A model generated the notes under the pieces. It was not told the origin of the DNA. It saw nothing but the letters and a program-made list of their open reading frames with translations, and made no database searches. The position numbers and the translations under genes are program-made. From an uncultured Bacteroidia bacterium (GTDB lineage Bacteria; Bacteroidota; Bacteroidia; Bacteroidales; Prolixibacteraceae), in assembly GCA_903897145.1 (NCBI GenBank), contig CAIUAN010000018.1:50889-114888 (forward strand): DNA of 64,000 nucleotides, in the 5' to 3' direction. How positions within the stretch are numbered: the first letter of the stretch is position 1; each line of letters starts with the position of its first letter. Of the stretch, positions 10,120 to 20,989 are shown piece after piece.

Positions 10120-11313
10120 TTATTTAAGTGCTTTTTTTAATGCTGACCTCATTTTTGAGGCAATCGTATTTAATTCCTCTTCACTCCAATTAACCATAAT
10201 CTGAGTCATCATTAATCGTTGCATGATCTCATCCGATTGTGGAACTTCTAAATTGGTGTAATCTGGAACATTCTTTAATTCCATCACCGGTAGGTTGTAA
10301 ATCGATTTCATCTCTTTGAAATGGCCCCATTGCCGGTGGTAATGAAAATTGTTGCGGTACCAATAGGATGCGCTTAATTCTTCTTTTTGGAATTCATCAA
10401 AGACCTTGATAGCCTTCGCAGGATCTGGCAAGAAAAACGATAAGAAAGTTGCAGAGTCACCCGCTTCATCAGGAACATGTCTTAGTCTGATTTCTGGAAA
10501 CTCGCGCAAAACTTCTTTTAGCCGATGTTGATGTGCTCTCTGTTTTTCAATGATATAAGGTAGTTTTCGCAATTGAGCTAGCACTACCGCAGCTCCTAAT
10601 TCAGAGCCTCTAAAGTTATATCCAAGGATAGGATGCTGCTCTGCACCTCTGGCACTTCCAATATGATCGTGACCATGATCGGAATATTTATGAGCTCTAT
10701 CGTAAAGTTCGTCGTCGTTGGTGGCTACTGCTCCACCTTCACCTGCCGTAATAATCTTGTAAAAGTCGAATGAAAATGCCGACATATGACCGAAGTTACC
10801 AAGCATCTTTCCTTTGTAACTTCCTCCAAGTGCAGGAGCTGCATCTTCAATTAAGATTAAGTTATGCTTTTTACAAACAGCCATAATCTCATCCATTCGA
10901 CCCATCGAGCCAAAGACTTGAACTAGCATGACTGCCTTTGTGCGCGGCGTGATTGCTTTTTCAATCCCTTCTGGACTTAAGCATAATGTTTCGTCAATCT
11001 CTCCAAAAACAGGTATTGCACCGGCCACTAAAACGGCTTCGATGGGTGCGATAAATGTATAGGGAGGCACGATCACCTCATCGCCATACCCAATACCACA
11101 ACATGCTAATGAAAGGGAATCTGCTGCTGTTCCACTTGAACAGAAATGGGTGTGTTTTACTCCAAGATAAGCGCTAAATTCTTGTTCGAAAGTCTTCGCT
11201 TTCCATACGCCATTGCGCTGTGAGTCATGTCCGTACCGAAATAATATACCGGTATCAAGTACGTCCATAACCTCTTTCCGTTCTTCATCTCCGAAGAGCT
11301 CGGTGCCTGCCAT
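10120..11313 (-). CDS. DegT/DnrJ/EryC1/StrS family PLP-dependent aminotransferase (KdnA-like candidate)
   Basis: SSGTAA, IEDAAPALG and SFDFYKIITAGEGG (PLP lysine context) motifs of sugar aminotransferases. Confidence 0.8.
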   Translation of the reverse strand: MAGTELFGDEERKEVMDVLDTGILFRYGHDSQRNGVWKAKTFEQEFSAYLGVKHTHFCSSGTAADSLSLACCGIGYGDEVIVPPYTFIAPIEAVLVAGAIPVFGEIDETLCLSPEGIEKAITPRTKAVMLVQVFGSMGRMDEIMAVCKKHNLILIEDAAPALGGSYKGKMLGNFGHMSAFSFDFYKIITAGEGGAVATNDDELYDRAHKYSDHGHDHIGSARGAEQHPILGYNFRGSELGAAVVLAQLRKLPYIIEKQRAHQHRLKEVLREFPEIRLRHVPDEAGDSATFLSFFLPDPAKAIKVFDEFQKEELSASYWYRNNFHYHRQWGHFKEMKSIYNLPVMELKNVPDYTNLEVPQSDEIMQRLMMTQIMVNWSEEELNTIASKMRSALKKALK

Positions 11314-11559
11314 ATATATTCTTTTAAGCTATTAAAATTTAGTTAGTCAATCGGTGTTCAAGACGATTCAAAATCAATCTGATTTCTTTTAAATCCTAGT
11401 GTTGCATGCCAATTTCTTACTTTTTTATAAACCTTGTAAAATTACATTTATTATTGAAAATAAAACCCGAAAAATTCCATTATTCAGTGCGAATAGCCCA
11501 ATCTATCATCTTAAGCATCTAAACACCTAAATTTTCAAAAGATTTCAGGGTGCATTTTG

Positions 11560-12459
11560 TTAGATAAAAAAGACAACCATCCCCATCACAGCAAGAATCG
11601 CTCCAATTATTTCTTTCCAGTTTAATTTTTCATGAAAGATTAATACAGAGGGGATTAGTATGAACAATGGTACAGTGGCAATCAATGTAGAGGCGATCCC
11701 TACAGTGGTATATTGGAAGGCAAATAAGCTTAATGAAACACCTAGGAATGGTCCAAAAAATGAGCCAATAAATAAAGGGGTTAAAGCTTTGTTGTTTTTC
11801 AAGGAATACCCTACTGATCGCCATTGTCGAGCAAAAGTTATGATCACCACAAACCCAATGATTCCTGTTAAAACTCTTATTTGTGTAGACGAAAACGGAT
11901 CGTAATCACCCATGCCTAATTTCGAAAAGACAGCCCCAGCACCTTGGCCAACGGCTCCTCCTAATGCTAATAATAATCCTTTAAGGGGATAGTGCAAACG
12001 CGAACTATTGTCATCTGGATCTGGTTGTTTGAGGATCACGATCGCTATTCCTGATAAGACAAGCGCCATGCCGACCCCGTTGAGTAAGGTTAGCTTTTCA
12101 TGAAGAATTAGGGCTCCCATCACCGCTGCAACAGGAGGTGCTAATGACATGATTAGCATCGATAATTTTGCAGGTTGATAGGAATAGGATTTGAAGAGAC
12201 AATAATCACCTGCTACAAAACCTAAGAAACCTGATATAGAGAGCCATTTCCAGGCCTCCGATGAAGCGTCAGAAGGTGTCCAATGACCTTTCGCTATCCT
12301 CGACCAAGCCAAAAACATGATCATAGCAATCACCAATCGACCAATGTTTATAGCTAACGGTCCAGCTCTTCGAGTTGCCAAAGAAAATGAAAGCGCTGAA
12401 ATGGTCCAGCAAATGGCCGTAATAATGCCTGCTATTTCTCCTATGTGACTTATCTGCAT
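11560..12459 (-). CDS. EamA/DMT family transporter
   Basis: 299 aa, 10 predicted helices, two EamA-like halves. Confidence 0.8.
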   Translation of the reverse strand: MQISHIGEIAGIITAICWTISALSFSLATRRAGPLAINIGRLVIAMIMFLAWSRIAKGHWTPSDASSEAWKWLSISGFLGFVAGDYCLFKSYSYQPAKLSMLIMSLAPPVAAVMGALILHEKLTLLNGVGMALVLSGIAIVILKQPDPDDNSSRLHYPLKGLLLALGGAVGQGAGAVFSKLGMGDYDPFSSTQIRVLTGIIGFVVIITFARQWRSVGYSLKNNKALTPLFIGSFFGPFLGVSLSLFAFQYTTVGIASTLIATVPLFILIPSVLIFHEKLNWKEIIGAILAVMGMVVFFI

Positions 12460-12613
12460 CTCGTTTTGTGGATCCTTACAAATGTAATGATCCCAGCTAG
12501 ATTATTGACTGAATTAATCATAAAACTCCAATCCTAACTCCTTTTTAGAAGAATCTAATGGTTTATTTGTAAAAATTTAGCACTTTTAAGGCTTCATAAT
12601 AAAATTTTAAAAT

Positions 12614-13447
12614 ATGCGACTTATCGTTCAGACAGAGGCAGTTGGAGTATCAAAATGGTCTGCTGCTTATATCGCTCGTAGAATAAATGAATCAGTTAGC
12701 GCTTCTGGTAAACCATTTGTTCTTGGATTACCTACCGGAAGTACACCACTAGGAACATATACTGAGTTAATTCGACTTTATAAAGCAGGCAAAGTTTCTT
12801 TCAAAAATGTTGTCACCTTCAATATGGACGAATATGTGGGTATCCCTAAAAATCATCCTCAGAGCTATCACTCATTTATGTGGGATAACTTCTTTAGCCA
12901 TATCGATATCCTTCCTGCTAACGTAAATATTCTAGACGGAAACGCTCCAGATTTAAAAGCTGAATGCGCTGCCTATGAAGCTAAAATTTTGTCTGTAGGC
13001 GGAATCGACTTATTTATGGGTGGTATTGGTGCAGATGGACATATCGCTTTTAATGAGCCTGGTTCAAGTTTGACCTCTCGTACTAGGGATAAAGCCTTAA
13101 ATAACGACACTATCATTGTGAATAGTCGCTTCTTTGACCACGATGTAAATCAAGTACCAAAATCAGCTCTCACAGTTGGGGTGGGTACCGTTATGGATGC
13201 GCGTGAAGTTCTAATATTGGTTACCGGACATTCGAAGGCACGGGCACTTCGCCACGCTGTCGAGGAGGGTGTGAACCACATGTGGACTATTTCAGCTTTG
13301 CAACTTCATCCTAAGGGAATGATCGTTTGTGACGATGACTCGACCGATGAATTAAAGGTTGGTACTTATCGTTACTTTAAAGATATTGAAAAAGATAATC
13401 TAGAGCCCGATTCAATCTGGAAAACGGACTCAAACCTTGGTTGGTAA
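12614..13447 (+). CDS. nagB: Glucosamine-6-phosphate deaminase
   Basis: [17 protein letters not shown] and [16 protein letters not shown] motifs. Confidence 0.9.
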   Translation: MRLIVQTEAVGVSKWSAAYIARRINESVSASGKPFVLGLPTGSTPLGTYTELIRLYKAGKVSFKNVVTFNMDEYVGIPKNHPQSYHSFMWDNFFSHIDILPANVNILDGNAPDLKAECAAYEAKILSVGGIDLFMGGIGADGHIAFNEPGSSLTSRTRDKALNNDTIIVNSRFFDHDVNQVPKSALTVGVGTVMDAREVLILVTGHSKARALRHAVEEGVNHMWTISALQLHPKGMIVCDDDSTDELKVGTYRYFKDIEKDNLEPDSIWKTDSNLGW

Positions 13448-13521
13448 ACAGTAAGGCGAACCTTTAAATGTAATATCTGGATTGCAAATAACCTATTTAT
13501 TGCAATCTATGAATAGCAAAC

Positions 13522-13557
13522 AAAAAGAGCAGATTCATTGACGAATCTGCTCTTTTT
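13522..13557. terminator. Bidirectional intrinsic terminator
   Basis: AAAAAGAGCAGATTC-ATTGAC-GAATCTGCTCTTTTT hairpin between convergent nagB and the M13 peptidase gene. Confidence 0.7.
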
Positions 13558-13573
13558 AGTTTTAATCTATCGT

Positions 13574-15607
13574 CTACCAGATTTTAGCTCTTTTCGACTC
13601 TTCTAAGAACATTTCTTGTGATGGCTTAATGTTAAAGGCCTGATGGAATTCAGGGATGTTTTTCAATGGTCCAAGAATACGAAGTCGACCCAGCGCATGT
13701 GGATCTTCTTTGGTGCGACGTTCGATCTCTTTATCCCGAATGTTTTGAGCCCAAACGTGAGCATAAGCAAGATAGAATCTTTGATCAGGAGTAAATCCGT
13801 CGATTTTTCCTGTCTCTTTGTTTACGGATTTAAAGGCTTGATGTGAAATGTTTAAGCCACCTAGATCGGCAAGGTTTTCACCTAGGCTTAGTTTGCCGTC
13901 AGCGTGAAGTGAGTCAATCACAATGAAATTGCTGAATTGGTCAGATAGCACTTTCGCTTTTTCATCAAAAAGCTTAGAGTCTTCAGCCGTCCACCAATCG
14001 GTAAGATTGCCATTTTTATCAAATTGACGACCTTCGTCATCGAAGCCATGAGTTAATTCATGACCAATTACCACCCCAATAGCACCGTAGTTAACCGCAT
14101 CGTCACCTTTAAGGAAGAAGAAAGGAGGTTGTAAGATTGCTGCTGGGAACACGATCTCATTCATGTCGGGTGCATAATATGCATTTACAGTTTGCGGCGA
14201 CATAAACCACTGTGACTTATCGACAGGCTTATTGATCTTAGCGTAGTTGAATTTAGTTTCAAATTCATTTGATCGAATGATATTCTGAACATAAGAATCA
14301 TCAACAATATCAAGAGCTGAGTAATCTTTCCATTTATCAGGATAGCCGATTTTCACGTTGATTGCATGTAGTTTCTCTAGTGCCTTGACTTTCGTGTCTG
14401 GTCCCATCCATTCTAGGTTCTTAATCCGATCACCCAATGAAACGCGTAAATTTTCAACCAATTTCACCATTCTTTCCTTCGCCTCAGCTGGGAAATATTT
14501 AGCAACATAAAGTTGACCAATGGCTTCGCTTAAGGCTCCACTGGTAACACCTAATACTCGTTTCCAACGTGGTCGCATTTTTTCAACCCCTGTCATGGCT
14601 TTGCCATAGAAGTCAAACTGAACATTGACAAAATCATCCGATAGGTATGACGCATTTCCACTTATCAAATGATATCTTAGGTATACTTTCCACTCTTCAA
14701 CCGGAACATCTTTAAGAATTGAGCTAACCTCTTTTAGAAATAGTGGCTGGCTTAGGTTTATTTCACCTGGATCTTGAATTCCTTGAGACACAAAGTAGCG
14801 GTTCCAATTAAAGGCTGGTGCAAGTTCTGCAAGTGCCTTCGTGGTCATTTTATTGTAGGTTTTATTTGGATCGCGTTGTTCCAGACGGGTCATCGATGCT
14901 TTTGCAAGACGAGTCTCGATGGACATAATTGTCTGAGCCGATTTTTTAACGGTAGCTTCGTTATCACCCAGTAAGGCAAGTAACTTCTCCATGTAAACGA
15001 CATATTTAGCCCTTAAGTCAACAGACCTTTTATCATCCTTGACATAGTAATCGCGATCAGGCATTCCAATTCCAGATTGACTTATCTGAGCAATAACCAA
15101 CGAGCTGTTTTTTGCATCGGAGGATCCATAAAATCCAAATAAGGCAGTAAAGCCATACAGGTGAAATTTGCCAACCTCAATTTCTACATCATCGATTGTT
15201 TTGATATTCTCGATCTCTTGAAAATAGGAGGCTAAAGGTTTTATCCCTTGCTCTTTGATTTTCACGGTATCCATACCTAAGTTGAAAAGTGTAGCCGTTT
15301 TATCAGCAATGGAGCCTTTTTCGTTTTTCTGAGCTGCAGTCTCTTTTACTAAGCCATTTAATTGCTTCTCTGCCAGTTCAGCAAGCTTGTCGAATGATCC
15401 GAATCTAGCGCGATCTCCTGGAAGTGGATTGAGTTTTTTCCATCCGCCATTGGCATAGGCATCAAAATCATGACCAGGATCAACCGTATTGTCTAGATCG
15501 GCTAATGAAATCGCTGGCGTCTCTTTTGAGGCTGTCGTTTTACAACCCATGCTTAATACAATTACTAATGATAAGCATAATGGAATAATTAATAATTTCT
15601 TTTTCAT
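13574..15607 (-). CDS. M13 family metallopeptidase (PepO/endothelin-converting enzyme-like), lipoprotein
   Basis: HELTHGFDD zinc motif, ENLADLGG, 677 aa, lipoprotein-type signal (LSMGC). Confidence 0.9.
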   Translation of the reverse strand: MKKKLLIIPLCLSLVIVLSMGCKTTASKETPAISLADLDNTVDPGHDFDAYANGGWKKLNPLPGDRARFGSFDKLAELAEKQLNGLVKETAAQKNEKGSIADKTATLFNLGMDTVKIKEQGIKPLASYFQEIENIKTIDDVEIEVGKFHLYGFTALFGFYGSSDAKNSSLVIAQISQSGIGMPDRDYYVKDDKRSVDLRAKYVVYMEKLLALLGDNEATVKKSAQTIMSIETRLAKASMTRLEQRDPNKTYNKMTTKALAELAPAFNWNRYFVSQGIQDPGEINLSQPLFLKEVSSILKDVPVEEWKVYLRYHLISGNASYLSDDFVNVQFDFYGKAMTGVEKMRPRWKRVLGVTSGALSEAIGQLYVAKYFPAEAKERMVKLVENLRVSLGDRIKNLEWMGPDTKVKALEKLHAINVKIGYPDKWKDYSALDIVDDSYVQNIIRSNEFETKFNYAKINKPVDKSQWFMSPQTVNAYYAPDMNEIVFPAAILQPPFFFLKGDDAVNYGAIGVVIGHELTHGFDDEGRQFDKNGNLTDWWTAEDSKLFDEKAKVLSDQFSNFIVIDSLHADGKLSLGENLADLGGLNISHQAFKSVNKETGKIDGFTPDQRFYLAYAHVWAQNIRDKEIERRTKEDPHALGRLRILGPLKNIPEFHQAFNIKPSQEMFLEESKRAKIW

Positions 15608-15723
15608 TGAGTATAGATTTTAGTTGATTCAAAATTATCCTTTTTTAGTTAACCAGAAAGTGCCTAGAAGGTTCAAAATCAATAAGAATATCAATACAAG
15701 GTTCCTTCTTTTAATTGAAAATT

Positions 15724-17109
15724 TTATTTCTGTATCACTTTTAGTTCTTCAGGATTTATTGGGATTCTCTGTCCTAAGATTCGAGCTCCAGATTCAGTAA
15801 TTAAAATATCATCTTCTAGTCTGATTCCCCCAAAATCAAGGTATTCTTTTGCTTTCTTGAAGTTTATAAACACTTCATTGGTTTTCTGTGCCTCCCATTG
15901 TTCGATCAGTGCCGGGATAAAATAGATCCCTGGTTCATTCGTAATCACAAAATCTTTCTGCAATCGGCGGCCAAATCGAAGGTATGCAGTTCCAAATTGG
16001 TCAATAGGTCTGATCTCCTCATCGTAACCTACATGTATTTGGCCATAGTCTTCCATGTCATGCACGTCTAGGCCCATCATATGACCAAGCCCGTGAGGAA
16101 AAAAGAGGGCGTGGGCTCCATTGGCTACTGCTTCTTTAACATCACCCTTCATGATGCCTAAATCTTTTAACCCATTCGCAATGACTTCGGCTGCTTTTAG
16201 GTGAATACTTAGATAAGTCTCCCCAGGGCGCATTGAGGCAGTCGCTGTATTATTTGCTTCCAGCACGATATTATAAATCTCGAGTTGTTTCTGCGAAAAT
16301 TCCCCATCTACGGGCATGGTCCGAGTAAAGTCAGAGGCATAATGCAAATTAGATTCTGCTCCAGCATCAACGAGCAAAAGTCTCCCTTTTTTTAACTGAA
16401 ACGAATGATTGTGGTTATGTAGCGTTTGACCATCCTGAGTTAAGATGATGGGAAATGAGGTTCCTTTCCCATGCGCTAATGCGATCCCTTCAATTGTACC
16501 TGCAATCTCTTGCTCGTTGGCTCCAGATTTAGTCATTTCCATGGCGGTTACATGCATTTGATAACCCGTTTGACACGCTAGTTCTATCTCGGTTATCTCA
16601 ACAGACTCTTTTGCAGAACGCAACTTTACTAGGTTGTTAATGAGCGTTATTGAAGCTTTAGCTTTTAATTCTGCAGCTTGAATGCCCAGAAGCTCTTGTA
16701 AAAGAAGCTTGTTCTCTGCTCGGTAAGGAGGGGTAAAATGCAAGGCTGCATTTTTAGATTTTAAAACCGACAATTCGAGAAACAATGATTTCGAGGGGAA
16801 TGTTCGAGTTACACCTACAGATTCTGCTAAATCTTTCATCGACGGATTATAGCCCATCCAGATAATGTCTTCCATGGTTAGATCATCACCGTAAATGGTG
16901 TCGTGCCCTGAATTCGCATCTATAATGCCAAATAACCCTGGTGCATCAAGTCCAAAAAGATAGAGAAATGTGCTATCCTGTCGGAAATGATAGGCATTGT
17001 CGGTGTAATTCATCGGTGATTCGATGTTGCCCGGAATCAGGATAACCCCACTGCCCATCGCTTTACGAAGCTGATTGCGTCGATTTGTATAGATCTGTTT
17101 ATCAAACAT
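15724..17109 (-). CDS. Xaa-Pro aminopeptidase (M24B family)
   Basis: N-terminal AMP_N-like region plus an M24 core with DAGAE, HGLGHMMGLDVHD and EPGIY motifs. Confidence 0.85.
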   Translation of the reverse strand: MFDKQIYTNRRNQLRKAMGSGVILIPGNIESPMNYTDNAYHFRQDSTFLYLFGLDAPGLFGIIDANSGHDTIYGDDLTMEDIIWMGYNPSMKDLAESVGVTRTFPSKSLFLELSVLKSKNAALHFTPPYRAENKLLLQELLGIQAAELKAKASITLINNLVKLRSAKESVEITEIELACQTGYQMHVTAMEMTKSGANEQEIAGTIEGIALAHGKGTSFPIILTQDGQTLHNHNHSFQLKKGRLLLVDAGAESNLHYASDFTRTMPVDGEFSQKQLEIYNIVLEANNTATASMRPGETYLSIHLKAAEVIANGLKDLGIMKGDVKEAVANGAHALFFPHGLGHMMGLDVHDMEDYGQIHVGYDEEIRPIDQFGTAYLRFGRRLQKDFVITNEPGIYFIPALIEQWEAQKTNEVFINFKKAKEYLDFGGIRLEDDILITESGARILGQRIPINPEELKVIQK

Positions 17110-17150
17110 AATTCGTAGCTAATTTAGTTTTAGATTACTAAAATAGGTTA

Positions 17151-18593
17151 TTATCCTGTAATCTTTGCTGGCAGACCTACTTTCAATACCTTTTTTTGAT
17201 TTTTAGCTTGCGGTATAAACATATCTGAATTGGTTAATCGAGCCTCTTTAATCGCTTTCAGACTATATTCCAGCTTGCCAAGATCGTTGTTCGAGCCATT
17301 GTTTGTGCCGCATGTGAATTTTACACCTGCTTCTTTTGCTTTTTTAATAAAGGCTATGCTAGGAATTTTAAATCGAGAGTTTATTTCAAGAGCAATGTCA
17401 TTTTTGATTAAGACTTTTATCACACGATCCATCCGTTCAGGAGTCCATAATTTATCGTAATCGGCTGCCAGTTGAGGAGGAAGAAACGTAGGATTCACAT
17501 GTATGTCAACTGGCTCTTGGCTTAAGATAGACTCAATTTTACTGACTAATAAATTCATAAACTGTTCTGGGTTACCGACAAAAGTCTCTTCAGGTATCCA
17601 TAGACGCATTCGTCGACCTTTCAGGTCAGTCCAGGTCATCGCATCGGTAAATATATAATCGAATTGTGCGATCAAGGATGGTTTGAATAGGGTAACCCAT
17701 TCACGTCCTTCGCATTGCATGGCTTTAAGTACTGGTTCGTCTTGTATTCCATGAAGATAGCTTATCAGGGTTGAGTCGTTAGTGACGGGGAATTTTAGTC
17801 CGCAATTGGCGGCAATCCCATAGTTGTACCCAAGTTTTTGAGCATGCTGGTAGGCTTGGATCATCGTCAATCCCCCTTTGAGGTGGCCATGAAAATCGAT
17901 CAGAGGAAATTCCGCCTCGTTGAGGGAGTCTATCATTGCTGTGGTGCTGTCGGGCTTATACTGCGTAAGGTCCTCCTCTTTGAGCTCCTTACTAAGCGAA
18001 ACAATGGTCATGTCACCAATGAATATCGACCCATTTTTACTTGTTTTTTCGATTTTCAGATAACCTTCTATTAGCTTTCTGTCTTTTAGGGCTTTAGATC
18101 GTTTTGGATTATTGGGTTGGTAATAGTCAACAATTGTTTTATCTTTTACCTTCACTTTAATATGATTACCATGGACGACTAACGACAGGTTGAACCACTC
18201 GTTGTCATTTGCAGTACGCACGAAATTATTCCTGATTTTCGATAAACTTCCTGTTTTTTGTGCACTTCCATTCCGGTAGTCGCTATTGTTGATTTTTATC
18301 TCATAGCCATCCGTCCTTTTCAAGGCATCTCCGGTAGCAAAAATAAGTTCTCCTTCTGCCCCTTCTGTGGTTTTAACATTAAGGGTTAGTTCAAAATTTC
18401 GAACTTTAAATCTTGAAGATAAGGACGAGTTGTTTTTTTGAAGTAAAAATCCCTCTTGGTCTATTGAGACCCCTCTTAGGAGTCCATAGCTTTCGATGTT
18501 ACTTGGATCAATCTTGGTTAATTGTCCTCTGCGGGGGCCATTTTGGCAGGATGCCAACACGACAACGATTAAAAAGAAAAAGAGTTGCTTCAT
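17151..18593 (-). CDS. Secreted DUF1080 (LamG-like jelly-roll) domain fused to a metal-dependent hydrolase-like (PHP/amidohydrolase-type) domain
   Basis: Signal/lipoprotein start (VLASC). The N-terminal half resembles DUF1080. The C-terminal half begins IDFHGHLKGG, a His-x-His metal motif. Confidence 0.5.
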   Translation of the reverse strand: MKQLFFFLIVVVLASCQNGPRRGQLTKIDPSNIESYGLLRGVSIDQEGFLLQKNNSSLSSRFKVRNFELTLNVKTTEGAEGELIFATGDALKRTDGYEIKINNSDYRNGSAQKTGSLSKIRNNFVRTANDNEWFNLSLVVHGNHIKVKVKDKTIVDYYQPNNPKRSKALKDRKLIEGYLKIEKTSKNGSIFIGDMTIVSLSKELKEEDLTQYKPDSTTAMIDSLNEAEFPLIDFHGHLKGGLTMIQAYQHAQKLGYNYGIAANCGLKFPVTNDSTLISYLHGIQDEPVLKAMQCEGREWVTLFKPSLIAQFDYIFTDAMTWTDLKGRRMRLWIPEETFVGNPEQFMNLLVSKIESILSQEPVDIHVNPTFLPPQLAADYDKLWTPERMDRVIKVLIKNDIALEINSRFKIPSIAFIKKAKEAGVKFTCGTNNGSNNDLGKLEYSLKAIKEARLTNSDMFIPQAKNQKKVLKVGLPAKITG

Positions 18594-18711
18594 TTTGTTG
18601 GATTTAGGGGAGTAGTCAGCAACAAAAATATTAAGTTTTTCCCCCTTTAACTAGTATATTCATTCTAAATACAGCCACATTTTCGAGAATGAAAATGTAT
18701 TTTAGTTTAGC

Positions 18712-19716
18712 CTATACTTCATCCTTTTTAGCACCCATGATTTTGGCTATTGTACTTCCAATTAATAGCTGAAGCGCATGGTAAATCATTAGTGGCAGCA
18801 GCACAACACCAAGAATGGCTTGATTTGGAAATAACACTTTCCCCATGACGGCCCCTTGAACAAGTGACTTTTTCGATCCGCAAAAAATTAATGTTATGCG
18901 TTCTTCCCTTTTGAATCCAAACAAAATTGCCAGTTGATTCATTAGGAAAAATACTCCGAGGAAAAATAGGAGCATCAGCAATCCTAATTTGAGAATTTCA
19001 ATAGCTGCAAAATTGCCGAACTGATCATTTGAAAATGATTCGCAAAATGAGGTGTAAATAATAAGTAAGATAACTGTCTGATCGAAGGTTTGTAGGTTAT
19101 TCTTGTTCCTAATGGTCCAGTTGTAAAGCTTTTTATGCGCAAGAAGTCCCAGTATTAATGGGGCTAAAACTTGTAGGCACAATATTCCAATGGTGTGTGC
19201 GAGTTCGAAGTCGGGTTGTGCATCTACCAAAATCTGGCTCATCCACAGAGGTGTAATGAAAATGCCAATGATGCTGGATATGCTGGCATTGAAGATTGCT
19301 GAGGCCAGATCTCCTTTTGCCAACGAAACCTTTACCACGGATGAAGAGACCGTCGATGGTAGTGTTGCAAGGAAGAATATACCAATGCCTAGATTACTTG
19401 ATAAATATTCTGGAAACAGTTGTCGTGCGAGAAGGATAATTAGTGGGAAAAGCAAAAAGGTGGCCAATTGAACGGCTAGATGTAGGCGCCATTTTCCTAT
19501 GCCATGAAGTAATTGCTCCGTACTTAGCTTTGCTCCATAAAAGAAAAAGATCAATGAAACTCCGTAGCCAGCAATCTTAGGCAGATGCAAGATCCCTTCT
19601 GAGACCCCTATTGGGGGATAAAGCCAAGCTAAGACAATAGCTCCAATCAACAGAAATAAGAATGTGTTTAATCTTATTTTTGAGCAATAGGAAGTAAGCT
19701 TGCTGATCCAACCCAT
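18712..19716 (-). CDS. Bile acid:sodium symporter (BASS/YfeH-like) family transporter
   Basis: 334 aa polytopic membrane protein with a YfeH-like helix pattern. Confidence 0.7.
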   Translation of the reverse strand: MGWISKLTSYCSKIRLNTFLFLLIGAIVLAWLYPPIGVSEGILHLPKIAGYGVSLIFFFYGAKLSTEQLLHGIGKWRLHLAVQLATFLLFPLIILLARQLFPEYLSSNLGIGIFFLATLPSTVSSSVVKVSLAKGDLASAIFNASISSIIGIFITPLWMSQILVDAQPDFELAHTIGILCLQVLAPLILGLLAHKKLYNWTIRNKNNLQTFDQTVILLIIYTSFCESFSNDQFGNFAAIEILKLGLLMLLFFLGVFFLMNQLAILFGFKREERITLIFCGSKKSLVQGAVMGKVLFPNQAILGVVLLPLMIYHALQLLIGSTIAKIMGAKKDEV

Positions 19717-19723
19717 CCTTTTA

Positions 19724-20857
19724 TTAGGATTTGGCCATTTTGCGGCGGTAGTTTTCCACTTCCCAGTTATCGATAAATTCGATCTGCTCCTTATTCATAA
19801 ACTTTGGACCACCGAAATTTTCAGTCAGCTGACTAATCAAAAGTATGTTTGAATAGACTTCTAATACGTTAAGCGTTGATTTCGTATTTTCCTCCACACC
19901 AATAATTCCTTTCCCTTCAAGTGCTAACACCTTTGGTAAATAACCGTAGCTTTTATAATAGGCATCTATTCGCTCTTGTGCAGAAGCAACTAGCTCTTGG
20001 TCGGTGTTACAAGCCGGCAAAAATAAATAGTAAGCTTTACAATAGACAATATCGTCTGGGGTAAATGCTGTGTTGGCTTTTTGAAAAGAGGTTGAATCTT
20101 TCACAAAGTGGGAGATGAGTTGACTTGATTTTCCGATCGCCACAAAATCTTTAAATCCCGGGTGCAGGTTTTGAACCTGATCAATTAGCACGGATTTTAA
20201 ATCTTGCTGTGACGCATTCAATTGATCACCCTTGATTTGATGATCTATCTTCTCCATGATCGTTGAATACAAGCCATTGATTTCGTCTGTCGTCTCTCCA
20301 GCGACAAATATTCCATGGTTTTCAAGGAAGATTATTTGCGGTGCTTTCGAGTATTTTGCTGTATAGTTGGCAATCTCTGTTAGAACTTTCTTGAATAAAA
20401 TATAGCCTGGATCGGTATATGGAATGAATAGGGCTTGATCGCCAAATAAATCGGTGCAGGTTTTTTGGGCGTTGTTCGCACACATCACCGCATTTACTCT
20501 GGTTGGATGGGTGTGGACAACAAATGGGTAATCAATAATCTCATGCATGGACGTTTCTACGGATGGTCGGTTGTTACCAGTAGAGACAATTGCATTGGTA
20601 AGGTCAGCTTTCACTTCAGCCTCCCGTTGCGTAGCATCTTGCGCATAAGTTTTTGTCGATACAATTTTTAATTTTTCTCTGGAGAGACAAACAAAACCAT
20701 TCTCGTCGATCGTTTCTAGTGCTGCACCACTGGCCTTAATCCAGATATGCGTTGCGTCTTTATACGAGGTGTTTCCTCCTCCGGCAATGACAAAGCTCTT
20801 GTCTTTCCCATATTGTCTAGAAACTTCGATTAATGTGGTGATATTTTGAGTGCTCAT
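19724..20857 (-). CDS. Class II aldolase/adducin domain protein (rhamnulose-1-phosphate aldolase N-terminal-domain-like)
   Basis: GGGNTS and VVHTHP motifs typical of the class II aldolase/adducin fold; 377 aa. Confidence 0.65.
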   Translation of the reverse strand: MSTQNITTLIEVSRQYGKDKSFVIAGGGNTSYKDATHIWIKASGAALETIDENGFVCLSREKLKIVSTKTYAQDATQREAEVKADLTNAIVSTGNNRPSVETSMHEIIDYPFVVHTHPTRVNAVMCANNAQKTCTDLFGDQALFIPYTDPGYILFKKVLTEIANYTAKYSKAPQIIFLENHGIFVAGETTDEINGLYSTIMEKIDHQIKGDQLNASQQDLKSVLIDQVQNLHPGFKDFVAIGKSSQLISHFVKDSTSFQKANTAFTPDDIVYCKAYYLFLPACNTDQELVASAQERIDAYYKSYGYLPKVLALEGKGIIGVEENTKSTLNVLEVYSNILLISQLTENFGGPKFMNKEQIEFIDNWEVENYRRKMAKS

Positions 20858-20989
20858 ATCTGGCTATTAAAAATGTTTGCTCATTAGATTTCCTCAAAAG
20901 TAAAAGAAAATTGAATGACCGCTATTGCAAGAGGCAATTATTAATGTTTTAGAATTGTTATTAACTTTGTGGCCTTAATCGAGGTTAAA

